64,000 nt of DNA, taken from the NCBI GenBank assembly GCA_965243615.1, contig CBDEVO010000003.1:4058471-4122470 (forward strand), read 5' to 3'. Below are positions 16,992 to 30,737 of this stretch, piece by piece. Position 1 is the stretch's first letter; every line of letters starts with the position of its first letter. The notes under the pieces were generated by a model that saw only the letters and a program-made list of their open reading frames with translations, was not told where the DNA came from and did no database searches. The translations under genes and the position numbers were made by a program. The DNA comes from Vicinamibacterales bacterium (GTDB taxonomy: Bacteria > Acidobacteriota > Vicinamibacteria > Vicinamibacterales > UBA8438).

Positions 16992-18494
16992 GTGCCGAAC
17001 CCGACAGAGACCCTTCCCGAGAACATCGCCGCCGTCGACCTCGGCTCCAACAGCTTCCACATGCTCGTCGCCCGCACCAAGGGCGGTGAGCCGATCCTCG
17101 TCGATCGCCTGCGCGAGATGGTGCAGCTCGCTTCCGGCCTCGCCCCCGACGGACGCCTCAGCCCCGAGTCGCGCGACCGGGCCATCGAGTGCCTTCGACG
17201 GTTCGGGCAGAGGCTGCGCCACATGGATCCCAGCGAGGTCCGGGCGGTGGGCACCAACACGTTGCGGGCCGCGGTCGACGCTGGCGAGTTCCTGGTCGAC
17301 GCGGAGCGGGCGCTGGGACACTCGATAGAGACGATCTCCGGCATCGAGGAGGCCCGCCTGATCTTCCTCGGGGTGACGCGGACCCTGCCCGGGCCGCAAT
17401 CCCGGCGGCTGGTCGTCGACATCGGCGGCGGCAGCACCGAGCTGATCGTGGGTGACGAGGCCCCTCTCGACATGGAGAGCCTCTACATGGGCTGCATCAA
17501 CGTCAGCCGCGCCCATTTCGGCGACGGCCGGCTCACCCCCGAGAACTGGCGGCGGGCCGAGCTCGCCGCGTTGCAGGAGCTGGAGCCGGTCACCGGGCGC
17601 TTCCGCGCGATCGACTGGGAGGAGGCGGTCGGGGCCTCGGGGACCATCCGGGCCATCGACGGCCTCGTCCGCACCTACGGATGGAGCCGGAAGGGGATCA
17701 CGGCCGGCGCCCTGGGCAGGCTGCGCGAGGCCCTGCTGCGGGCGGGACGCGTCGGCCGGCTGAAGCTGGAGGGGCTGAACCCCAGGCGCAGGACGACCAT
17801 CGCGGGGGGGGCGGCGATCCTGTCGGCCCTGTTCGAGGCGCTCGGCATCGAGGTCATGCGACGCTCGGACGGGGCCCTGCGAGAGGGCCTGCTCTACGAC
17901 TCTCTCGGCCGGATCCGCGATCAGGACGTGCGCGAGCGGGGGGTCGAGGCCCTGGCGGATCGCGCGCACGTCGACCGGCAGCAGGCGGCGCGCGTGAAGC
18001 AGACGAGCCTGCTCCTGCTCGCCCAGGTGGCGGACGGCTGGGACCTCGGGAGCCGCAACGCGCGGCAGTTCCTGTCCTGGGCCGCGAACCTGCACGAGAT
18101 AGGTCTCGACATCGCCCACAACCACTACCACCGGCACGGCGAGTACATCGTCGCCCACGCCGACCTGCAGGGATTCTCGCTGCCCGAGCAGCAGGTGCTC
18201 GCGACCCTGGTTCGGTCTCACCGGCGCAAGTTCCCGAGCGAGGTCATCGCCGCCATCCCCCGGAACTGGTCGGCGTGGACCGAGCGGCTCGCGATGCCGC
18301 TGCGCCTGTCGGTGGTCCTGCACCGGAGCCGGAGTCCGCTGCCCCTCCCCCCGATCGAGCTCAGCGCCGCGAAGAACGCCCTGGACCTGCGGTTCCCCCC
18401 CGGGTGGCTCGACCAGCACCCCCTGACGCGGGCCGATCTGGAAACCGAGGCCACCTACCTCCGGGGAGCCGGCTACAAGCTGTCGTTCGGCTGA
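16992..18494 (+). CDS. ppx: Exopolyphosphatase Ppx/GppA
   Basis: The translation reads AAVDLGSNSFHMLVAR...VGTNTLR...GIEEARLIFLGV...VVDIGGGSTELI plus a C-terminal HD-like region. It is divergent from ppk across an 85-nt spacer. Confidence 0.95.
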   Translation: MPNPTETLPENIAAVDLGSNSFHMLVARTKGGEPILVDRLREMVQLASGLAPDGRLSPESRDRAIECLRRFGQRLRHMDPSEVRAVGTNTLRAAVDAGEFLVDAERALGHSIETISGIEEARLIFLGVTRTLPGPQSRRLVVDIGGGSTELIVGDEAPLDMESLYMGCINVSRAHFGDGRLTPENWRRAELAALQELEPVTGRFRAIDWEEAVGASGTIRAIDGLVRTYGWSRKGITAGALGRLREALLRAGRVGRLKLEGLNPRRRTTIAGGAAILSALFEALGIEVMRRSDGALREGLLYDSLGRIRDQDVRERGVEALADRAHVDRQQAARVKQTSLLLLAQVADGWDLGSRNARQFLSWAANLHEIGLDIAHNHYHRHGEYIVAHADLQGFSLPEQQVLATLVRSHRRKFPSEVIAAIPRNWSAWTERLAMPLRLSVVLHRSRSPLPLPPIELSAAKNALDLRFPPGWLDQHPLTRADLETEATYLRGAGYKLSFG

Positions 18495-18556
18495 CAGGGT
18501 TGGTTGGGCCGGCGGAGCCGAAGGCGACGATGGGCGGGCGGCGGCCGGCTCGGGCC
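18495..18556 (+). repeat. Dispersed intergenic repeat, copy C (core only, no 5' hairpin)
   Basis: The sequence CAGGGTTGGTTGGGCCGGCGGAGCCGAAGGCGACGATGGGCGGGCGG lies directly after the ppx stop. Confidence 0.7.
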
Positions 18557-18582
18557 CCTGGCGGTGCGTGTCGGCCGGCCGA

Positions 18583-19086
18583 CTACGGCTCGAGCCGGGC
18601 CAGCATCCGGGGAACGACCAGCCACTGCAGCTCGCCGAGGCCGGGCCGGACCTCGTTCCAACCCGCCGCGTCGAGCCGGATGCACGCGAGGGCGGCGGTC
18701 GGGAACCGGAGGGCCGCTCCGCCGATCAGGATCGAGGCGGTCTCCGAGCAGGCCGGCTCGTGCCCCACGACGAGGAGGGTCTCCACGCCGGGGTCGACGG
18801 CGCGCACGCACGCCAGCACGTCGTCGGGCGACGCGCCGTACAGCTCGGGGACGACGGCGGCCGGGGCCCGCCATCCGCCGGCGTCGGCGGCGTGCCGCAG
18901 GGTCTCGGCCGTGCGGACGGCCGGCGAGCAGAGGACGTGATCGGGAGCCGGCCCCGCCCGCTCGAGGAACCGCCCCATGCACCGGGCCGCCCTCACGCCG
19001 CGCGGGGCGAGCGGGCGCTCGCGATCCGGCCGCGGCGGGGCGTCCCAGCTCGACTTGCCGTGACGGAACAGGAGAATCGTCTTCAC
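18583..19086 (-). CDS. sixA: Histidine phosphatase family protein, SixA-like
   Basis: It has the RHG motif (MKTILLFRHGKSSW...LAPRG) and VVGHEP. Its start forms an ATGA overlap with the parA-like stop (19083-19086). Confidence 0.75.
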   Translation of the reverse strand: MKTILLFRHGKSSWDAPPRPDRERPLAPRGVRAARCMGRFLERAGPAPDHVLCSPAVRTAETLRHAADAGGWRAPAAVVPELYGASPDDVLACVRAVDPGVETLLVVGHEPACSETASILIGGAALRFPTAALACIRLDAAGWNEVRPGLGELQWLVVPRMLARLEP

Positions 19087-19841
19087 GACGGCTCCGGGCG
19101 GGCCTCCTCGAGCCGCCGCACCAGCTCGCCCCAGAGGGCCGCGTAGGCGCGCGCGGCCTCACTCGTCCTCCGGAACGCGCAGAGGGGCTCGCGCCGCGCG
19201 CTCATCTGCTCGACCGCGCTCGAGTACGGAATCCCGGTCGCGAGCATCGGGCACGGCATCTCTTCCGGGGCTTCGCAGATCCGGCGATGCAGGGTCCGGC
19301 GGCGATCGACCATCGAGTAGAACGGCAGCACCCGGACCGCCGCCGGTTCCCGCCGCAGGTGCCGGGCGAGCTGGCGGAGGGTCCGTCGCGACAGCGCCGT
19401 GGGAATGGTCGGCACGATCAGGGCGTCGGCGACCGCGAAGACCGCCTCCGAGGCGAGCGAGATGCCGGGGGCGCAGTCGAGGAAGACGTAGTCGTAGCCG
19501 GCGCCGAGCTCGCGGATTCTGCGGGTGAGGCGCCGGACGTACTTCGGGCTGTCGAGCAGCAGATCCAGGTGGCGGTACGAGAAGTCGGCGGGAAGCAGGT
19601 CCAGCCCCTCGTAGTCCGTCTCGCGGACGTAGCGGGCGAGGGCGCGCTTGCCGCGGACGAGCTTCCTGCCGCCTCCCCGGACCCTCATCTTGACCCGGAA
19701 GCACCAGGTGGCCGCGCCCTGCGGGTCGAGGTCGCAGATGAGGGTCCGCGCCCCCGCCGCGGCGGCGAGCCACGCCAGGTTGACGGCGGCCGACGTCTTC
19801 CCCACGCCGCCCTTGATGTTGTAGGCCGCCAGCACCTTCAT
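19083..19841 (-). CDS. ParA/MinD-family ATPase (orphan ParA-like)
   Basis: The deviant Walker A is MKVLAAYNIKGGVGKTSAAVNLA, followed by LICDLDPQG and DYVFLDCAPG. The start at 19839-19841 forms an ATGA overlap with the upstream CHAD gene. Confidence 0.85.
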   Translation of the reverse strand: MKVLAAYNIKGGVGKTSAAVNLAWLAAAAGARTLICDLDPQGAATWCFRVKMRVRGGGRKLVRGKRALARYVRETDYEGLDLLPADFSYRHLDLLLDSPKYVRRLTRRIRELGAGYDYVFLDCAPGISLASEAVFAVADALIVPTIPTALSRRTLRQLARHLRREPAAVRVLPFYSMVDRRRTLHRRICEAPEEMPCPMLATGIPYSSAVEQMSARREPLCAFRRTSEAARAYAALWGELVRRLEEARPEPS

Positions 19842-21412
19842 TGTGAACCGCGGGCTGCGTCCGGGGCTTTCGGACGGGAGGCGAGGAGCCGGTCGAGGTC
19901 GGCCGCGGTGCGCGCGGTCGCGAACCTGCCGACCTCGTCGGCGAGCCGCCGCCTCGCGGCGGTCTGCCGCGACTCCAGCCGGTCGACCAGGCGCCCCGCC
20001 GTCAGGAGCGCCGGCGCGTCCGCGCCGCCCGCCGCGAGGAGCTCGCGGGCGGTGTCCTGCAGCTCGCCCTGCTGGACCTCGAGATCGTTGTACTCCCCGA
20101 GATCGTCCTGCAGCCGCTTGAGGGAGCGGATGAACGTGTTCACGGGGCCGGCCGCGAACAGGCTGCGGAAGAACTCGAGCAGGTACCGCAGCTTCTTGCA
20201 GGCGATTCGCAGGTCGTGAATGGCTTCGGCCGGGGTCTCCACCGAGAGGCCGCGCCCACGCCTGCGCACTCTCTCGAAGGCCCGCTCGATGCGCTCGCCC
20301 GCCACCTCGCGGACGGGACGGGCGGCGTTCGCGCCGCCGCCGTCGCCGTCGGTCTCGAGAAGGCGCCGCCATTCCCGCTTCAGCCGTCGGTAGCGGGCCG
20401 AGTCGAGCCCCGCAAGCTGCTCCGCGTGCGCAGCCTCCCGCCGGCGCTTCAGGTGCTCGGCCAGCGGGGACAGGTCGCCGCGGGCGGACGGCGGCAGCTC
20501 GGCCTGGTGGCCCCGCAGGCCGAGCAGGTGCACGTCGAGGTCCCGGGGCGGCCCCGTCAACCGGCCGAGCCACGCGAACTCGCCGGCGAAGCGGCGCGTC
20601 GCGGCGTCGTCGAAGACGTCCCTGACCTGTCCCAGGCAGGAACGCGTCCGCCGCACGGCGACCCGGAAGTCGTGCAGGAACTCGGGGTCGAGGTCCGCCC
20701 GGAGCCCCGCCTCGTTGGCCTGCATCATCTCCCACAGCGCGGCGAGGATGCGCTTCACGGCGCGGTCGGTGCGCGCGTCCGGATCGAGGCGCAGCTCGAG
20801 CTTGCCGGTGTAGTCGCCGGGCTGACGACCGACCGCGGCGAGTGCGAGATCGATCTCCGTCCCGGGTCCCGGCGGGAGTCCCAGGTCCTCTTCCACGAAC
20901 CGGCGCACGCCGCGGTAGGCCTGCTCGTATCCCGTCATCCTGGCGAGGCGCAGGATCGTCGGCAGCCGCCGGCGGCGCCGCGTGGAACCGGCCGCGGTCC
21001 CATGATCGAGCGAGACGCGCACCACCGCCTTCTCCCGGCTGTCCACCACGGAGATCCGATCGCTGCGGCGCTCGATCCTCACCACCGGCAGCAGCCGCCG
21101 GATGTCCGTCACCGCCTGAAGCTCGTCCCGGAAGCCGCCCGGGGGCAGATCGCGGGCGAAGTCCGGCGGGGCCGGCAGGGTCGCCCGGTGGCGGCGGCGG
21201 CCGTCGAAATGGTCCCAGCGCAAGTGGCACGACCCGTCCGCGTCGTCGGACAGGACCGTCCCCGCGCCGCCGTAGAGGCGCCAGTCGAACGTGTCGAGAT
21301 AGGTGCGGGCGGAGGCCCGCTTGTCCTCACGCCGGGTCGGGAACCGCTCCGCGAGCCGGGACAGGATGCCGGCCGCGGTCCGCGGCCCGTCGAGCAGGTA
21401 CCTGTGACACAT
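19838..21412 (-). CDS. CYTH-like plus CHAD domain protein
   Basis: The N-terminal CYTH-like region reads YLDTFDWRLYGGAGTVL. The CHAD helices have conserved His/Arg: LHDFRVAVRRTRSCL and IHDLRIACKKLRYLLEFF. The start is set at ATG 21410-21412 (MCHRYLL). Confidence 0.85.
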   Translation of the reverse strand: MCHRYLLDGPRTAAGILSRLAERFPTRREDKRASARTYLDTFDWRLYGGAGTVLSDDADGSCHLRWDHFDGRRRHRATLPAPPDFARDLPPGGFRDELQAVTDIRRLLPVVRIERRSDRISVVDSREKAVVRVSLDHGTAAGSTRRRRRLPTILRLARMTGYEQAYRGVRRFVEEDLGLPPGPGTEIDLALAAVGRQPGDYTGKLELRLDPDARTDRAVKRILAALWEMMQANEAGLRADLDPEFLHDFRVAVRRTRSCLGQVRDVFDDAATRRFAGEFAWLGRLTGPPRDLDVHLLGLRGHQAELPPSARGDLSPLAEHLKRRREAAHAEQLAGLDSARYRRLKREWRRLLETDGDGGGANAARPVREVAGERIERAFERVRRRGRGLSVETPAEAIHDLRIACKKLRYLLEFFRSLFAAGPVNTFIRSLKRLQDDLGEYNDLEVQQGELQDTARELLAAGGADAPALLTAGRLVDRLESRQTAARRRLADEVGRFATARTAADLDRLLASRPKAPDAARGSQ

Positions 21413-21517
21413 CTGTCCGCCTGAATGGTACACCGTCGCCCCGTCGCCGGCTCGCGGCCGATTGCACACCGTTTCACAATCCACGGTCGGCGTGGTAGTA
21501 TCCGAGACGAGAGGTGG

Positions 21518-22453
21518 GTGCTGGTCAAACGCTATTCCTTCATCGTCGCTGATCGTTCGACCGGAGTCGTACACCGCTTCGCCCTGAGTTTCCGCCCGAA
21601 GCTGGTGGCAGCCCTGTTGATCGCTCTCCCCCTCGGGTGGGCCGGCCATGCCGCCTGGCTCGATGGGTCCCGGTTCGATCCGGCCCAGTGGCTGAAGTCG
21701 CCCCGCTGGACGATGAACGACCGGCTGCGCTCGTTCAACGCCCTGCTCCAGTCCGAAATCGACCGCTACGGCACCACCGTCACCGACCTGTCCCGCCGGG
21801 TGGCCGCCCTGCAGCCCGTCGTCGAGGCCCTGCACGATCAGTCCGTCGTCGACCCCGGCGTCAGGCAGGCCATGATGCAGGTGGCGGAGGTCGATCGCTC
21901 GCGGAGGGCGTCGACCCTGCGGACGGTGGCGCAGGCGGCGCCGACCGAGACCCTGAACCTGCTTCACGATCTGCTCGACGTGCTGGAGATCGAGCTCGGG
22001 GTCGTTCAGGGCAACATCCGGCTCCGGCGGGACCTCGCCGCCGCGACGCCGCTCGACCTCCCCGTCCGGGGCCGCATCATGTCCCGGTTCGGGTACCGGA
22101 GCGATCCTTTCACGGACGAGTGGAGGTTTCACGAGGGACTCGACATCGACACCGGATACGGGCAACCGGTCCGGGCGACGGCCGGCGGCCGCGTCGTGGA
22201 AGCCGGGCGCCATGGCAACCACGGCGAGATGATCGAGCTCGACCACGGCTTCGGCCGCCGCACGCGCTACGCTCATCTGTCGGAGTTCGCCGTCCGCGTG
22301 GGCGAAGATGTCGAGCGGGGGCAGGTCATCGGCTACGCCGGCGCCACCGGCCGCGCCACCGGATCGCACATCCACTACGAGGTCCTGGTCGGCAACCGGC
22401 CCATGAACCCGCTCCGGCTGGTGTTCGCCTCCGGCGGCGTCTCGGCGGACTGA
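21518..22453 (+). CDS. M23 family metallopeptidase
   Basis: The translation reads FHEGLDIDTGYGQPVRATAGGRVV...HGEMIELDHGFG..TRYAHLS...GATGRATGSHIHYEV. The start is uncertain. GTG 21518 follows GAGAGG, and ATG 21425 would leave only 12 nt to the divergent CHAD gene. Confidence 0.85.
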   Translation: MLVKRYSFIVADRSTGVVHRFALSFRPKLVAALLIALPLGWAGHAAWLDGSRFDPAQWLKSPRWTMNDRLRSFNALLQSEIDRYGTTVTDLSRRVAALQPVVEALHDQSVVDPGVRQAMMQVAEVDRSRRASTLRTVAQAAPTETLNLLHDLLDVLEIELGVVQGNIRLRRDLAAATPLDLPVRGRIMSRFGYRSDPFTDEWRFHEGLDIDTGYGQPVRATAGGRVVEAGRHGNHGEMIELDHGFGRRTRYAHLSEFAVRVGEDVERGQVIGYAGATGRATGSHIHYEVLVGNRPMNPLRLVFASGGVSAD

Positions 22454-22524
22454 TTTCCGCCGGCGGGCCGGCCGGCGTCATCCCTCTTCCACCAGGGCTC
22501 CCCGTTTCCCGAAAACTCCGCGAG

Positions 22525-22625
22525 CCAGGAATCTGCGCCGCAGGCGGCGTGGGCTCCTGCAGGATTGGTTGGGCGCCCGGCGGAGCCGAAGGCGACGATG
22601 GGCAGGCCGGGTTTCGCCGGCTCGC
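22525..22625 (+). repeat. Dispersed intergenic repeat, copy D
   Basis: The sequence is CTGCGCCGcaggCGGCGTGGGCTCCTGCAGGATTGGTTGGGCGCCCGGCGGAGCCGAAGGCGACGATGGGCAGGCCGG plus a small GCCGG/CCGGC hairpin. Confidence 0.75.
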
Positions 22626-22825
22626 GCGCCCGTTGTTGGGCGGCGGCGGCGGCCCCGGTTTCGCAACGGTCGAACCCGTCGTCTTGACGCGTATAGGCCC
22701 CTTCCCTACAATCGATCACATCCGTGTCTACCGGATCGACACCCGCCTTGGATCATCATCGACAGCGCAACGCTACGGAGGGGCCGGCCCTGCCCGAGGA
22801 ACGGCCGGCGGTCCCGGCCGCGGGA

Positions 22826-22888
22826 CGGCGCGAGCTGCCGGAGGGATGGTCGGGCGCCAAGCGTAGCCGCGGGCGACGATCGCCGCGC
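22826..22888 (+). repeat. Dispersed intergenic repeat, copy E (degenerate)
   Basis: The sequence is CGGCGCGAGCTGCCGGAGGGATGGTCGGGCGCCAAGCGTAGCCGCGGGCGACGATCGCCGCG, about 35 nt upstream of secA. Confidence 0.55.
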
Positions 22889-22923
22889 TAGATTGCCTTC
22901 GACGCGGTCCCGGGACTCGACCG

Positions 22924-27343
<4,420 letters not shown>

Positions 27344-27402
27344 GCTGCTTGCGGCGAATCACGCATCGTCTTCCACCTCCCGCCGGGGCGGGACGACGAT
27401 CC

Positions 27403-27879
27403 TCACGCCTCCACCGAGTCCACCGGCCCGCTTCGGGGCAAAGCCGCGCCTGATCCTTCCGGCAGGTCGATGGCGATCTCCCGCGAGTCGCCGCCCCGGT
27501 CGTGGATGCGGACCGACACCGCGCCCGACACGGGACGCGGCAGGCGGTCCGCCCATTCGATGCACACGAGAGCGCCGGATTCCGGCAGCTCCTCGAGCCC
27601 GAGGTCGTCGGTCTCGGCCGGGTCGAGCCGATAGAGGTCGACGTGCTGGACCCGGCCCCCGCCGTAGGCCTGGACGATCGTGAACGTGGGGCTGCTGACC
27701 TCGTCGGGGTCGATGCCCATGCCCTCGACGAACCCCCGCACGAACGCAGTCTTCCCGGCCCCGAGGTCCCCGAAGAGCTGCACGACGGTCCCGGGGGGAA
27801 GACGCCGGGCGAGATCGGCGGCGATGTCCGCCGTCTGTCGTTCGGAGTGACTCTCGTGGCGTGTGTGCATGGCCGGCAC
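27403..27879 (-). CDS. tsaE: tRNA t6A37 biosynthesis ATPase TsaE
   Basis: The translation reads VQLFGDLGAGKTAFVRGFVEGMG....VSSPTFTIVQAY....VQHVDLYRL. Confidence 0.9.
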   Translation of the reverse strand: MPAMHTRHESHSERQTADIAADLARRLPPGTVVQLFGDLGAGKTAFVRGFVEGMGIDPDEVSSPTFTIVQAYGGGRVQHVDLYRLDPAETDDLGLEELPESGALVCIEWADRLPRPVSGAVSVRIHDRGGDSREIAIDLPEGSGAALPRSGPVDSVEA

Positions 27880-27896
27880 TCGTCGGGTCTGCAGGG

Positions 27897-29489
27897 TCAG
27901 AGGGGCTTGAACGCGGGCTCCTGTTCATGCCGGTCGGGTCCGTCGCCGGCCAGGGTCACGAGGGCGGGGCCGAGACCGCGCGCGAGGTCGCCGGCCAGCA
28001 ACCCCGCGCCGTGCTCGGCCGCCGCCGCGTCCCCCGCGAGCCCGTGCAGGCATACGCCGAGCCCGCAGGCGGTCTCGACGTCCGGGAGCTGCGCCATCCA
28101 CGCGGCCAGCACCCCGGTGAGCACGTCGCCGGTCCCGCCGGTGGCCATGCCCGGATTGCCGGTGACGTTGATCCACACGTCACCGGCCGGGGTCGCCACC
28201 AGGGTCCGCGCCCCCTTCAGGACGACGAAGATGCCCTGCTCCCCCGCCAGGTCGCGGGCCACGTCGAGGCGGTGGGCGGTCACGTACTCGGCCGGCCGGC
28301 CGATGATGCGCCCCATCTCGCCGGCGTGCGGGGTGATGACGAGCGGGCGGTCCGGACGTCCCCGGAGGCCGGCGGGGTCGCCGGCGAACGCGTTCAGGGC
28401 GTCGGCGTCGAGCACCATCGGGACCCGGGCGCGGTCCACCAGCTCGCGTACGAACCGCGTGACGCCGGTCGCGCGCCCCAGGCCGGGTCCGACCGCGAGG
28501 ACGTCGCAGCGCTCGGCGAGCACCGCGCCGGCCGCCTCGGCCGCGACGCGGCCCTCGCCGTCGTCGTCGAGCCCCAGGGTCATGTACTCCGGCGCCATCG
28601 CGGCCACGACGGGCTGGCAGACGCGGGGCGTCGCCACCGTGACCAGGCCCGCCCCCGAGCGCAGGGCGCCGAGCGCCGCGAGGCCGGCGGCGCCGGTCTT
28701 GCCCGTCGACCCCGCGGCGACGAGCACCCGCCCGTAGTCGCCCTTGTGGGTGTCCCGGGGCCGGTGCGGGACCTGCCTCCGGCACCATGCCCGGGTGACG
28801 ACGGTGACGCGCGATCCCGCCACCTCGTCCACGACCATCGCCGGAATCCCGATGTCGGCGACCAATACGGTGCCGGCCCGGGCCGCGGCCGGGTCCAGCA
28901 GCAGCGGCAGCTTCGGTGCGCCGAGCGTCACCGTGAGGGCGGCGGCGACCGCTTCCCCGATCGGTTCCGACGTATCCGCCGACAGACCGGACGGGAGGTC
29001 GATCGACGCCACCGGGACGTCCAAGGCGTTGAGACCGCGGACGACGGTCCGCCAGTGTCCGGCCAGGGGGCGCGTCAGGCCGGTACCGAACAGGGCGTCG
29101 ATCACCAGATCGCATCGGCCGGAGTACGCGCGCGCCGCTTCCCACGCGGCAGGGCTCGAGGCGTCGATCACCGGCACCCCGACTCGCCGGAGGGCCGCCA
29201 GGTTGACCCCGGCGTCTCCCCCGACGTCCGCCTCGGGCGCGGCCAGGTACGCCCTTACGGCGGCGCCGCGGTCGGTCAGGATGCGCGCCGCGACGAACCC
29301 GTCGCCGCCGTTGTTCCCCTTCCCGCACACCACCGCGATGCGCCGGTTCGCGCCGAGCGGCCAACGCGACTCCAGGGCGGCGACGACCTGCCGGCCGGCC
29401 GCCTCCATCAGCACCAGCGACGGCACTCGGAGATCGGAGATCGTCCGCCGGTCCGCGTCACGCATCTGGGCGGTGTTCAGCACCCGCAT
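27897..29489 (-). CDS. nnr: Bifunctional NAD(P)H-hydrate repair enzyme (epimerase/dehydratase)
   Basis: The YjeF_N part reads VVCGKGNNGGDGFVAAR. The C-terminal kinase-like part reads KGDYGRVLV...LDADALN...GTGDVLTGVLAAWMAQ. The start is set at ATG 29487-29489 (MRVLNTAQMR). Confidence 0.92.
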   Translation of the reverse strand: MRVLNTAQMRDADRRTISDLRVPSLVLMEAAGRQVVAALESRWPLGANRRIAVVCGKGNNGGDGFVAARILTDRGAAVRAYLAAPEADVGGDAGVNLAALRRVGVPVIDASSPAAWEAARAYSGRCDLVIDALFGTGLTRPLAGHWRTVVRGLNALDVPVASIDLPSGLSADTSEPIGEAVAAALTVTLGAPKLPLLLDPAAARAGTVLVADIGIPAMVVDEVAGSRVTVVTRAWCRRQVPHRPRDTHKGDYGRVLVAAGSTGKTGAAGLAALGALRSGAGLVTVATPRVCQPVVAAMAPEYMTLGLDDDGEGRVAAEAAGAVLAERCDVLAVGPGLGRATGVTRFVRELVDRARVPMVLDADALNAFAGDPAGLRGRPDRPLVITPHAGEMGRIIGRPAEYVTAHRLDVARDLAGEQGIFVVLKGARTLVATPAGDVWINVTGNPGMATGGTGDVLTGVLAAWMAQLPDVETACGLGVCLHGLAGDAAAAEHGAGLLAGDLARGLGPALVTLAGDGPDRHEQEPAFKPL

Positions 29490-29694
29490 CCTGTTCCGCC
29501 GATCGGTGGTAGCCCATCCTCGGGCCTGCCCGTCGCCCACTGCCCCCGGGCATGCCGCCGCTCTCCGACGGGCACCGGCCGCGGCCGCGGTTCGCGCCGA
29601 CATCGGTCCCGTCCCGCGACCGGCGAGCTGACGGCATCGGCGCGACCGTTCTGCCGCGCTCGGCCCGTCACCGAGGCCCTGCGCGTATGGTACC

Positions 29695-30630
29695 GTGGAC
29701 GGCGTGAATCCGAACCCTGTCGACGCGCCCGCCGCCCCCGCCGCCGGCATCGCCGAGGCCACCGTGAACGTGAACGGGGTCGTGACCTCCGGCGACCGGG
29801 CGGTGGTCTCGGTCTTCGACCACGGCTTCCTCTACGGCGACGGCGTTTACGAGACCTTGCGCACCTACAACCGCCGGCCCTTCCTGCCCGACCGCCACCT
29901 CGCCCGGCTCCGCGCGTCGGCCGCGCGCCTGTCCCTGGAGGTCCCGGTGACGGACGCGGAGCTCGAGTCCCGCATGCGCGACACCATGCGGGGGGTCCAT
30001 GCCCAGGGCGAGGTGATGCTGCGGATTCTCGTCACGCGGGGAGTCGGCGACCTCGGCTACGACCCCGCCGTGTGTCGCACGCCGACGGTAGTCATCATCG
30101 CCCGCCCGCATCGCGAGTCGCCCGCCCGCGTGCAATGCGACGGCGTGCGGCTGGTCGTGGCCAGCGTCGTGCGCAACCACCCCCGCAGCGTCGACCCCGT
30201 CATCAAGTCGAACAACCTGCTCAACAACGTGCTGGCGATGCAGGAGGCGGTGCGCGAGGGCGCCTACGAGGCGATACTCCTCAACCACCGGGGCGAGCTC
30301 GCCGAGTGCTCGCAGTCGAACCTGTTCGTGGTGCGGGACGGCGTCGTCCTGACCCCGCCGCTCGACGCCGGGCTGCTCGAAGGGGTGACGCGCAACCTGC
30401 TCTTCGAGGTGGGCGCGGGCGCCGGGGTGCCGGTGCGGGAAGCCGTGCTCCGCCAAACGGACCTGGCCTCGGTGGACGAGCTGTTCATCACCAGCACCAC
30501 GCGCGAGGTGGTGCCGGTGGTCCGGGTCGGCGACCACGTGATCGGGTCCGGCTCGCCGGGCCCCGTGACCCGGCGACTGCTGGCGCGGCTTCGCGAGCGG
30601 GCCGACCATCTCACCCGCGCGCCCGACTGA
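29695..30630 (+). CDS. Class IV aminotransferase (BCAT / D-AAT / ADC lyase family)
   Basis: The translation reads VSVFDHGFLYGDGVYETLRTY...RHLARLRASA...KSNNLLNNVLAMQEA...ECSQSNLFVV...ITSTTREVVPV. Confidence 0.85.
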   Translation: MDGVNPNPVDAPAAPAAGIAEATVNVNGVVTSGDRAVVSVFDHGFLYGDGVYETLRTYNRRPFLPDRHLARLRASAARLSLEVPVTDAELESRMRDTMRGVHAQGEVMLRILVTRGVGDLGYDPAVCRTPTVVIIARPHRESPARVQCDGVRLVVASVVRNHPRSVDPVIKSNNLLNNVLAMQEAVREGAYEAILLNHRGELAECSQSNLFVVRDGVVLTPPLDAGLLEGVTRNLLFEVGAGAGVPVREAVLRQTDLASVDELFITSTTREVVPVVRVGDHVIGSGSPGPVTRRLLARLRERADHLTRAPD

Positions 30631-30735
30631 TCCCGCGATGATCGGGGCCCGCCCGTCGGGCCCCGTGGCCCGACGCCTGCTGCAGCGCTGCACGAGCGGG
30701 CCGACCATCTCGCCTGCGCGCCCGACTGATCCCGC
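30557..30735 (+). repeat. Degenerate tandem duplication of the last ~80 nt (including the stop) of the aminotransferase gene
   Basis: Copy 1 (30557-30636) and copy 2 (30657-30735) both run CGGGCCCCGTG...GAGCGGGCCGACCATCTC.CC.GCGCGCCCGACTGATCCCGC. The period is 99-100 nt and copy 2 has a 1-nt deletion. Confidence 0.85.
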
Positions 30736-30737
30736 CA

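Noticed and set aside
17801-17811. A G8 run inside ppx as a phase-variation site.
   Set aside because: It encodes Ala-Gly-Gly-Ala in the middle of a conserved housekeeping enzyme. There is no reason to expect switching there.
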